A stretch of DNA of 32,000 nt. It comes from Promethearchaeota archaeon. GTDB taxonomy: Archaea; Asgardarchaeota; Hermodarchaeia; Hermodarchaeales; Hermodarchaeaceae. The stretch spans positions 30,001 to 62,000 of the forward strand of contig JBHLMI010000004.1 of the NCBI GenBank assembly GCA_048938295.1, in the 5' to 3' direction. The notes under the pieces are model-generated. The model made no database searches, was not told the DNA's origin, and worked only from the letters and a program-made list of their open reading frames with translations. This document shows positions 24,573-32,000 of this stretch, piece by piece; the first letter of the stretch is position 1; each line of letters starts with the position of its first letter. The translations under genes and the position numbers were made by a program.

Positions 24573-25931
24573 TCACCCTTGTTCTCTGATAACAGCGGAT
24601 TTTGTCTTCCGTTTTTGTTGAGCTTGATTCACGGATTGATTGGGTTCTTGAACAACAGGAATAGTAATGGTATTTAATCGTGGGACAATCTGAAAAATTT
24701 GAATCTCCCAGGTGGGAGGGATGGCATGCTGTTGGCGTAGCAGCCTAACGGAATAATTCATCAAGTGTTGAGCCTCATTGGCAGTTAGGGGGCGGTTTTG
24801 TCGGGTTTCAGCGAGACGGTGAACCCAACCACGAAGCGAACGTTGGGTTTCATTGGAGGGAATCTGCTCAAGTATCTCGCTCAAGTTGTCTGGTGGAACC
24901 GCACTGGTACGTTTGAGTATACTAACCTGTAACCCGTTGATCAAAAAAGCCCGTACACCTTCCGAGAAAAGGGGCCAATTTTCGGCTTGGTATGCAGCGA
25001 GGGCATCATGCATGGCTTTTTCCATGGAATCATGGAGGTAGAGGAACCTGTTAGCTGTTGACCAAAGGGTGGTTGGAGAGGAAACCGGTTGGGTGATTTC
25101 TTGTTGGGGAGCCATTTCAAGGGCTACTTCTGTCTGAATGGGTTGAGTAGTCTGGAGAGTTTGCAGTTGAACGGTTTGAACAAAAATGGAATTGTGAAGT
25201 TGGAATTGGGTGAACGCGCCACGAGCTTTGCGAAGAAGAAGCACGCATCCGAGAACTCCGAGCAGACCTGTAAGGAGGGCTAATGGTAACAGTCCTAGGC
25301 TAATACTGATGCCTGTGAAGCCGATTATGACAGGAATCAGAAGAAATGCCAGTCCAAACATTTGATATGAGGTCCGTAAATGGTGGATAGTGGAGGAGGG
25401 TCCGGGGTGCTGAGATAGGTGCGTAGGCAGATGCTGAGCGAGAAAAGCGTCGAGCTGGCTGTGGTGAATGATGTGGGCTGGTGATGCCGATGCTCGGTCG
25501 CTGACCGAAGGAATGAAGTCATCAGACTGATTGATGAGGACAGCTGTCATTTGACAGTGCACCATGTGGCCATTTGGCGTGGCGAGTACGTGTGCCTTTT
25601 TACCGAAGAGACTGATGGTATGGCTTTGAAAGGTGGAGTGAAGAGACTGAGGATTGCTGGGGAGAGTGGTTTGAAGATGGGAGAGCGTTTCAACGAGGGC
25701 AGTAACCTCCTTTTGGAGCGCCTTACCCGCCCCGTTGAATTCCCGATAAACAAGTAGATCGCAGCAAACGACACCCTGATGCTCATGATTACGAACGGCT
25801 ACTTGGGTGCCATCTCCTCTAGTCGGCAAGGACACGAAATCACATTGATGTAGAATTTGCCATAATTCACCCGTGGACCTTTGATTCACTCTATACACTT
25901 CATTCAAGCCAATGACGATTTTGGGCGGCAT
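24573..25931 (-). CDS. Hypothetical protein with two central TM helices and soluble N- and C-terminal domains
   Basis: TM hairpin FGLAFLLIPVIIGFTGISISLGLLPLALLTGLLGVLGCVLLL, Gln/Thr/Pro linker and helical C-terminal domain. Stop abuts the start of the HExxH gene. Confidence 0.65.
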   Translation of the reverse strand: MPPKIVIGLNEVYRVNQRSTGELWQILHQCDFVSLPTRGDGTQVAVRNHEHQGVVCCDLLVYREFNGAGKALQKEVTALVETLSHLQTTLPSNPQSLHSTFQSHTISLFGKKAHVLATPNGHMVHCQMTAVLINQSDDFIPSVSDRASASPAHIIHHSQLDAFLAQHLPTHLSQHPGPSSTIHHLRTSYQMFGLAFLLIPVIIGFTGISISLGLLPLALLTGLLGVLGCVLLLRKARGAFTQFQLHNSIFVQTVQLQTLQTTQPIQTEVALEMAPQQEITQPVSSPTTLWSTANRFLYLHDSMEKAMHDALAAYQAENWPLFSEGVRAFLINGLQVSILKRTSAVPPDNLSEILEQIPSNETQRSLRGWVHRLAETRQNRPLTANEAQHLMNYSVRLLRQQHAIPPTWEIQIFQIVPRLNTITIPVVQEPNQSVNQAQQKRKTKSAVIREQG

Positions 25932-26458
25932 TTGAAGTTTTTTTAAGGATTTCTATTCGTGGTACTATTAGGATTAATTGTGGGTGTTAAACTAGCTCAA
26001 CTCCGCAGGATTTTCCAATCCCCTTTTGTGATCATTCAAGAACCACAGACTCGCCCTCCTAACATAGAGACGGTTTAATCGCTTCTCATCCAGCAAGGAT
26101 TCATTGAACAACGAGCCCTTTGGACACGAAATCGACTCTTAACGGCGTATCATACCAACCGAACAACTCAACAATTCCTCTCATAGCCTAAAGGAGGAGC
26201 AGTACTAGATTGTTCAGAAAAGCTAGCCAAAAAATGAACACCTTAACAGATCCGCCTCAAGCTACCATCGATGTTTATTGACTGGTCTAGGTCGCTACCA
26301 GTAGCTTCTAGTGCCTCTCATTCGTTCTTGTAGGAACGCAGGATATGAACAGGGTTCAGCAATTTGACCGAATTACTGAACATTTCTAAGTGATTATGAT
26401 TTTCTAGAAGGAAACAGCGCTGTGTGTGGTTTAAGTAGCAACTTCTGAAGAGGTTAGA

Positions 26459-26761
26459 GTGTGGAGTATCGACGGAATGAATGAACATCAGTGGTTGATC
26501 AGCTCAGCCATGCGACGCGTTGCTCTGCAAGCGCGAGGGCCCGCATTACCTTTGGCGAAGAGTATGTTGGAGCAAATCCCTCAATTCATCTCAGCAGGTA
26601 TGCCTGTGGAAGTGGCCCTACGGGAATCACTTCTTTTAGCAATCCATTCAGCTCGAGTTATGGTCCGGCATTGTGTGGGCAACGAACGTTTCGCGCTTGA
26701 TGATTTCATCACAACCTGCTTACAATTGGAAGCTGAAACCGAGTATCTCCTCAGCGTCTAG
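26459..26761 (+). CDS. Small helical hypothetical protein
   Basis: 100-aa ORF with normal composition filling an otherwise empty region. The start may be ATG 26477. Confidence 0.45.
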   Translation: MWSIDGMNEHQWLISSAMRRVALQARGPALPLAKSMLEQIPQFISAGMPVEVALRESLLLAIHSARVMVRHCVGNERFALDDFITTCLQLEAETEYLLSV

Positions 26762-26850
26762 CATGTTGGAGGAAGCCAATCTTGGGCAACCTTGTCAAAG
26801 GTCCGTACAAGTAATTCTAATGGAACGCCACGGACCGTCAATAATTCTGT

Positions 26851-26878
26851 GATTTGAACCGTCATCGTGGTTCAGATT
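26851..26878. other. Inverted repeat (core TGAACC-N8-GGTTCA) between the small ORF and the Lrp cluster
   Basis: GATTTGAACC pairs with GGTTCAGATT as a 10-bp stem with two G-U pairs. Confidence 0.3.
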
Positions 26879-26977
26879 CGCGCGGATTTTGATTCCTTTA
26901 AGTAGCGTGGAGTTAGCAATGAAGAAGAAAGGCTTTAATCACAGCTTGATAGGTGAAGACAATAATAACGAAAACTG

Positions 26978-27229
26978 ATGGTGAAACCGATAACAGTATC
27001 TGCATTTGTCATGTGTAAGGTGTTCATGGGGCACATCGATAAAGTGGTTAAAGCCCTACGCGAGCTTGAGACTGCCACCAGTATTGCTGTTACCACAGGT
27101 GATTATGATATCATTGCTCGCTTCGATCTACCAAACCTGGAGTCCCTTTATGATCTCACTGTGAATCATATCGGAAAAATCCAAGGTTTAGAGAGCGTTA
27201 CGACATCCATCGTCGAAAAAGAATTCTAG
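26978..27229 (+). CDS. Stand-alone Lrp/AsnC ligand-binding (RAM) domain protein
   Basis: AFVMCKV ... VVKAL ... TTGDYDIIAR ... I.KIQGLESVTTSIV. No HTH. Confidence 0.9.
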   Translation: MVKPITVSAFVMCKVFMGHIDKVVKALRELETATSIAVTTGDYDIIARFDLPNLESLYDLTVNHIGKIQGLESVTTSIVEKEF

Positions 27230-27257
27230 GATCCAAGGAAAAAAGGAGCGTGTAACA

Positions 27258-28541
27258 GTGCGGGCAGCAATGGAGCGACGAGTTAGCTCCCAACGCAGTA
27301 AGACCATTTTCTATTTCCTGGCGCTCATTTCGGGAGTCTTGTACGCCTTCTCTGTATTCTCAGATGTCTTCATATACCGAGTGTTTTTTCATCCCTTTCT
27401 CACCGATATCGTCTCATCTGTTGCCTTCGCCCTGGCAGAACAATGGTTCGCACTCCTATTCACCGTTATTCTGCTCATCGTTCTAAGCATTCCCACCAAT
27501 CGAAGCCACCGCCGAAGCCTTGGAACAAAGATCGACAGCTCCTTCTTCCATATCACGTTACCTTCTCGAAAAATCTTTTTTGGTGTCATCCTCGCAGGAG
27601 TATTTGCTGGAATCTCTTCTTTCGCCTACTACTATGTAGCAGGACAGAGTAGTGACATCTCCGCTGTTATCCCCTTCTCTCGGCTCTCCCTAATTTTTCT
27701 GATGATCGGTGACCTAATCTTAATTCGTGATTGGCCAAGTACAATCGAAGCCCTTTCCATCCTTGCCATTACTTTTGGGGTTCTCCTGGTGGGGATCACG
27801 CCGGGGGGATTCTTTGACCCCACACTGTTATTGTTTGTCATCACCGTTTGGGCTGGAGGTGTAGCAATTAGTATTTTCTTCCAAAGCCGAGTAAAACGAA
27901 CGGAGATACGTCCAAAAACGACGACCGACTCGCTAAACCTACGATTATGGATACTGCTCTTCCTTAATCTTACTATGACGTTATTCATGATCCCATTCAT
28001 TACCCCAGAGGTAATTGGCTTCCTTGTCATTCAATTTCCCTTGGTTTGGGGCTGGCTGTTATTTCCGGTTGCGTTAACCTTCTTCTCATTGGTTGCCTAC
28101 CTTCAGGCCCTTGGTCGAGGTAAAATGTCGGTGGTCCAAAGTATTGGCTCTATCTCGATAGTTATTGGGATTCCACTCACAATGATGGGGGCTTTCCTCT
28201 TTCCCAGTGTGTTTAACCCTCCTGCCACCGATTTCTTGTCCTGGATGCTGAAATTCACGGGAACGATCTTTGTCATTGCTGGTATTGTCGCCTTGTCTAC
28301 TGCCACATTTCGAGGATACGTGTTCGTGAAGATACGACCTGGAACTGGAGATATCATGATCCGATTACGCCGAATCCATGGTGTCCGCTGTGTCTCTGCG
28401 GTGTCCGGTCGATGGGACTATCTTATTCGCATTGAGATTCGAACCCTTAGCAGCACCCGTGTAAAGACCCTTCATGAAATCGAAGAAGTCGAAGGCGTCA
28501 TCGATCTGGAAACAGCTCTTATCCTCAAGGAATGGCTGTAA
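27258..28541 (+). CDS. EamA/DMT-superfamily membrane protein fused to a C-terminal Lrp/AsnC ligand-binding domain
   Basis: About 10 TM in two repeats with DMT signatures (YYYVAG..DISAVIPFSRLS; YLQALGRGKMSVVQSI..ISIVI). C-terminal GYVFVKI ... GVRCVSAVSGRWDYLIRI ... VEGVIDLETALIL is a RAM domain. Confidence 0.8.
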   Translation: MRAAMERRVSSQRSKTIFYFLALISGVLYAFSVFSDVFIYRVFFHPFLTDIVSSVAFALAEQWFALLFTVILLIVLSIPTNRSHRRSLGTKIDSSFFHITLPSRKIFFGVILAGVFAGISSFAYYYVAGQSSDISAVIPFSRLSLIFLMIGDLILIRDWPSTIEALSILAITFGVLLVGITPGGFFDPTLLLFVITVWAGGVAISIFFQSRVKRTEIRPKTTTDSLNLRLWILLFLNLTMTLFMIPFITPEVIGFLVIQFPLVWGWLLFPVALTFFSLVAYLQALGRGKMSVVQSIGSISIVIGIPLTMMGAFLFPSVFNPPATDFLSWMLKFTGTIFVIAGIVALSTATFRGYVFVKIRPGTGDIMIRLRRIHGVRCVSAVSGRWDYLIRIEIRTLSSTRVKTLHEIEEVEGVIDLETALILKEWL

Positions 28542-29578
28542 CCCATTTCCTGACCCTGAATTCTTTATTCACCGGTCTCCGCAAGTCTTTTAAAACAACC
28601 AAATTCCGCCTGCTTTTGATTACTATGGAGCCAAGTACCCTCTTACCACTTGAAGGGATCAGCGAAGGTTACGGCCTTCGAGATGATGCCCTTGACCAAA
28701 TGCTAATGACCACTGGTTACAGGGAAGTAACTTTGCAATATCGCGCTGCTGTTAAGCATATCCAAGATGTGTTTTGTACGGATATTCGGCTACGTATTGT
28801 ATCGATGTCCTACGATGATGAAGAAGAAGACCCCCTTTGGCCACATATGGCCTGGATGCCACTGTGGTCAAACCGGGATACCTGCGTGTTAGTGGCTGAT
28901 CCTCTGAAACCACCGAGCCATCACGATTCTAACTATCTACTGCCACTGGGTTTTGCCCAGTTTTTTGCCCACGCTCAAGAGGAGTATCCTTATTACATGC
29001 CATTGAGCACCCCTGACATGCTACTACCCCAATATCTGGAATGTCAGCTCATTCGGTTAACCCCCATGATGGCATTGAACCCACAAATTCCCCATGAATC
29101 CGAAGATAGTGAGCCGACAATCTTCTCTTTGGTTTTGGAAACCATATTTCGCCTTCGTGCGTTCTTAGGTGACCAAGTACTAATCGAACGTGGATTCACG
29201 ACTGGAGTTGCCTATCAGCATACCAGCCTTCTTTACGAGTTGCCGCTTCCAGCTTACCCCGAGGTTATCGAAACCCGTTGGTCTCTTCCTTTTCTCCTAA
29301 TGGATGCTGCTCGAGCAATCCTCACCTTGGGTCAGACAGACTATCTCACCTTTACAGGACTACAAAACCTCACAAATCATGCCCGGAATCGGTTAAACGA
29401 ACTCGATCTCTTGGTGGGTAATGTCTCCCCCAATCCGACCTTTGTCTCCCTATTTGATAACATTCGCCACCACTTCACAGGTCTGCACAAATCCTATTTG
29501 CGAGACCCCTCGGAAACTAACGTGTTCGTTTACGAGTTATTGGAGAAGGCTGAAATCTTCCAACAGGAAGAGGGCTAG
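28532..29578 (+). CDS. Hypothetical soluble protein
   Basis: Long ORF overlapping the upstream stop by 10 nt. No recognised motif. The true start may be ATG 28625. Confidence 0.6.
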   Translation: MAVTHFLTLNSLFTGLRKSFKTTKFRLLLITMEPSTLLPLEGISEGYGLRDDALDQMLMTTGYREVTLQYRAAVKHIQDVFCTDIRLRIVSMSYDDEEEDPLWPHMAWMPLWSNRDTCVLVADPLKPPSHHDSNYLLPLGFAQFFAHAQEEYPYYMPLSTPDMLLPQYLECQLIRLTPMMALNPQIPHESEDSEPTIFSLVLETIFRLRAFLGDQVLIERGFTTGVAYQHTSLLYELPLPAYPEVIETRWSLPFLLMDAARAILTLGQTDYLTFTGLQNLTNHARNRLNELDLLVGNVSPNPTFVSLFDNIRHHFTGLHKSYLRDPSETNVFVYELLEKAEIFQQEEG

Positions 29579-29808
29579 TCTTCACCGGACCAAGTTATCA
29601 GATATTTAACGAAACCAAATCCAGCACAAGGAACGAGAAATACCTCCAAACAAGCCTAACGCAGCAACGCAGTATGAACATAGGTCTACTCCATCACGCC
29701 CACAAACTAGGACACGATTCGAAGGATAGCTAGCAATAATTGGAGTTTAAATGCTTAAAAGCCAAAACGAATTACTGATGCCACACAACCTCTCTGGTGA
29801 ATTCACTC

Positions 29809-30483
29809 ATGCAATTTCCCTCTCCGGATCCATTATGGTTATTAGAACTCGCGAAAGTTATCATTCTTTTCGCGTTGGGATTTCTTCTCCTCATTCGATG
29901 GTTTCGTGCTGAACGCCGCTTCTATACGGATATCCCTTTTCTTTTCGCAATAGGATTTTTCATCCTGGCAGGAGCAGAATCTGTCGATGTGCTAATTCAT
30001 TCAGGTCTCCTTCCTCCCTTTGACTTGTTTACATACAAAATCCGAGCTGCTTTTACGGCGATTAGTTTAGCTTTCTTCTTGTATCCAACCTTACTCATTT
30101 GGGTGAGTGAGCGTCGACGACTCAGAGATATGACTCCGATCATTTACATAATCTTAGTGCTCCTAATAGTTGCCTTGACCCCCACAGAACTGCTCCTACG
30201 GCTGCTGCTTATTCCCTTTATGTTAGTTGTGTACGTTGGGTTTACAATCTCATTCTTCGCTGCATGGATGATGGGAAGGCTAGCTGAGGTTCACGGATTG
30301 ATAATCAGCATCGGTGGAACGGTGACAATCCTTGGACAAATTCTCAAGGTATTTCTCCCTATCACATTAGTCTGGGTTTCAGAAGTTATCGAAATACTTG
30401 GTCTGATCATCCTTTGGGCTGGTCTGAACATCAAATCTGGGAGGACAAAATTACCACCACCAACCCAAAGCCCACCGGCGTAA
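29809..30483 (+). CDS. Stand-alone seven-TM membrane protein
   Basis: Seven hydrophobic segments by eye, with a short N-terminus and Pro-rich C-tail. GGTGA RBS 8 nt before ATG 29809 (ORF track starts at GTG 29797). Confidence 0.7.
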   Translation: MQFPSPDPLWLLELAKVIILFALGFLLLIRWFRAERRFYTDIPFLFAIGFFILAGAESVDVLIHSGLLPPFDLFTYKIRAAFTAISLAFFLYPTLLIWVSERRRLRDMTPIIYIILVLLIVALTPTELLLRLLLIPFMLVVYVGFTISFFAAWMMGRLAEVHGLIISIGGTVTILGQILKVFLPITLVWVSEVIEILGLIILWAGLNIKSGRTKLPPPTQSPPA

Positions 30484-30564
30484 GGGTCTCTAATAGAAGT
30501 GAACCAGAGGAATCTATCTGAATCCCCATTGAGAAAAAGAATAGATTCCTGGTCCTATCACTTG

Positions 30565-32000
30565 TTAGGGAGCAGTCGCAGTTGCGACAATGAGGTGTTC
30601 TTGTGCTTGGTCAATAGTTGTAATTCGTGGCATTTTCGTTTGCCCAATTGCACATTGTTGGGATTGTAGTCTGTTGAATTCGTAATCATCGAAGCGTCCT
30701 GTGGGAACCGAGTGAATGACCGCAGGACCAATAGTCTTTGCTGTGCGAACTTCCCAGTAGAGGCGATTTATCTCTTTGAGTGCTGAATCGAAGCCCCTTG
30801 TGAACCCTCCTAGATCCTGGGGAGCACGATTGAATTCGACGAAGAGATGATAACAACTATTAGTTGGACTCACTAACGGAGCGACAACGAAATCGCGGAC
30901 TAACGCATCTTGCTCCTCACTTGTAATTTTAAGAGCAGCGCTAATATGTTGTTCAGATACCTTTTCACCGCTCAAATTCAGAATGTTTGTACTTTTACCG
31001 AGGCACCGGAGGGTGAGTGGATTTAGAGAGGTAAACATCACCACATCGTGCAAGTCATACCGCCATAAGGTGCTGGGGGTCGTAACGATGATACGATAGG
31101 GGGTGTCTTTCTTCACTTCGCCAAGAGGAATTGTCTCAGTATCTGGGGCTAGTGAGTCTTTCTGCATACTTGCAAACTCGAACACAATATCATCCATCAT
31201 CGGGACGACACCCACATGGTCTTCAAATAGTTGAATTCCGTAACAGGCCTCTGTCCCAGCGTAAACTTCATGGATATGAACATCACCTGCAAGATCATGG
31301 ATCATTGGTTCGTATAAATCGCGAACAACCCCGCCATGAAAAATCACTGAAAGGTCTGGCCATAGCGCTCTGATGTCTAAAGTACCTTCATCGATGAGAG
31401 CCGCTCGGAGTCGCTGCCGTGTTTCTGGAGACAGGGTAGGATCGGTCTTTAGCCAATCATAGGACTCATATTTAATGCGGCGAAGGAGTGCGAGTATGAA
31501 GGAGGTTATTCCACCGCATGCGGTGACTTTGGGAGTGCTTATACCTTGGCGAATCGTTTCATGGAATTTGAGTTCCCAATCGGTGATGTCAAAGACGTCG
31601 GTCGTTGGTATGACTTTACTTCTAATAAGTCGACTTCCGCCCTTCATCGCTTGCCCAGTTCCGTAACCGACCTCCCAATCACCAATTTTAGTGTACACTG
31701 CAGGAGCAACCATGACGAGGATTTTCCCATGCAGGAATGGCCGGATTCTTGCTGCGGCCGCAAAGGACATAATCCGAAGGCGTTTGAGTGATTTCAAGCA
31801 AGTCGCTGTCTGGGGGATAAGCTTTGGTTTGCCTGTACTCCCACTCGTTGACAAGACCACCTGGATGGGTTCAGGATACAGCGTGTTATTGAGTCCATCT
31901 AGTTCCTGCTGAATATATGGTTGGAGATCGGCATATTGGTTGATTGGGATGCTGTTCACAAAATCTTCATAACTGCTGATGTCGCTGAATTGGTGGCGCT
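30565..32000 (-). CDS. GH3-family (auxin-responsive GH3 / acyl-acid amido synthetase-like) adenylate-forming enzyme, 5' end outside the window
   Basis: ANL motifs LSTSGSTGKPKLIP, YAGTE and WRYDLHDVV, plus LNLSGEK and IGQTKMPRI. The frame stays open past GTG 31959 to the window edge (RHQFSDISSYEDFVNSIPINQYADLQPYI), matching the GH3 N-terminal pattern. Confidence 0.85.
   Translation of the reverse strand, partial: RHQFSDISSYEDFVNSIPINQYADLQPYIQQELDGLNNTLYPEPIQVVLSTSGSTGKPKLIPQTATCLKSLKRLRIMSFAAAARIRPFLHGKILVMVAPAVYTKIGDWEVGYGTGQAMKGGSRLIRSKVIPTTDVFDITDWELKFHETIRQGISTPKVTACGGITSFILALLRRIKYESYDWLKTDPTLSPETRQRLRAALIDEGTLDIRALWPDLSVIFHGGVVRDLYEPMIHDLAGDVHIHEVYAGTEACYGIQLFEDHVGVVPMMDDIVFEFASMQKDSLAPDTETIPLGEVKKDTPYRIIVTTPSTLWRYDLHDVVMFTSLNPLTLRCLGKSTNILNLSGEKVSEQHISAALKITSEEQDALVRDFVVAPLVSPTNSCYHLFVEFNRAPQDLGGFTRGFDSALKEINRLYWEVRTAKTIGPAVIHSVPTGRFDDYEFNRLQSQQCAIGQTKMPRITTIDQAQEHLIVATATAP

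Noticed and set aside
15321-25931. Plus strand looks G-rich in this block, suggesting foreign origin
   Set aside because: Explained by minus-strand genes encoding Ser/Thr/Pro/Leu-rich surface proteins. No boundary repeats, tRNA or integrase are visible.
28532-29578. AQFFAHAQEE ... ECQL as a zincin metalloprotease site
   Set aside because: Not an HExxH motif; only one His is present.
29809-30483. 7TM protein as a microbial rhodopsin or heliorhodopsin
   Set aside because: No Lys in the seventh helix and no DxxxK/SxxxK motif.
1-32000. tRNA, rRNA, CRISPR array, IS elements
   Set aside because: No cloverleaf or T-arm consensus in the intergenic gaps, no regularly spaced direct repeats and no transposase motifs found by eye. 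tRNAscan-SE and Infernal were not run.

Overview
Gene-dense archaeal chromosomal window of about 30 CDS. It has TATA/BRE-type promoters and, as far as I can see by eye, no tRNA, rRNA, CRISPR array, transposase or integrase. The gene content (longin, roadblock/LC7, SNAP-like and MIT-like modules, a histone, many sequon-rich single-pass surface proteins) points to an Asgard archaeon; this is inference, as no marker gene is present. Left part: a truncated membrane-anchored alpha/beta hydrolase, ArsC, a hemerythrin plus two ferritin-like paralogs, a tandem GNAT and a DegT-family aminotransferase. The middle (6-15 kb) holds several eukaryote-signature-like modules: an alpha-SNAP-like protein, a longin+cDENN-like protein coupled to a TPR-like protein, an alpha3-type (short) histone, a roadblock protein, an Mrr-like nuclease, a double Lrp-type wHTH protein, and an MIT-like+phospholipase D (HKD) fusion with the domain order of eukaryotic MITD1. 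At 15.3-25.9 kb is a co-oriented minus-strand cell-surface block: a two-TM protein, an HExxH membrane protease, a 1645-aa prenyltransferase-repeat/Ig-like protein, a Zn-ribbon-wHTH protein and a 1003-aa membrane-anchored M28 peptidase. The two large proteins appear to share an uncharacterised domain. Right end: a stand-alone Lrp/AsnC ligand-binding domain, an EamA/DMT transporter fused to an Lrp ligand-binding domain, a hypothetical protein, a 7TM protein and a 5'-truncated GH3-family acyl-acid amido synthetase. All family calls come from motif recognition by eye; no database searches were run.
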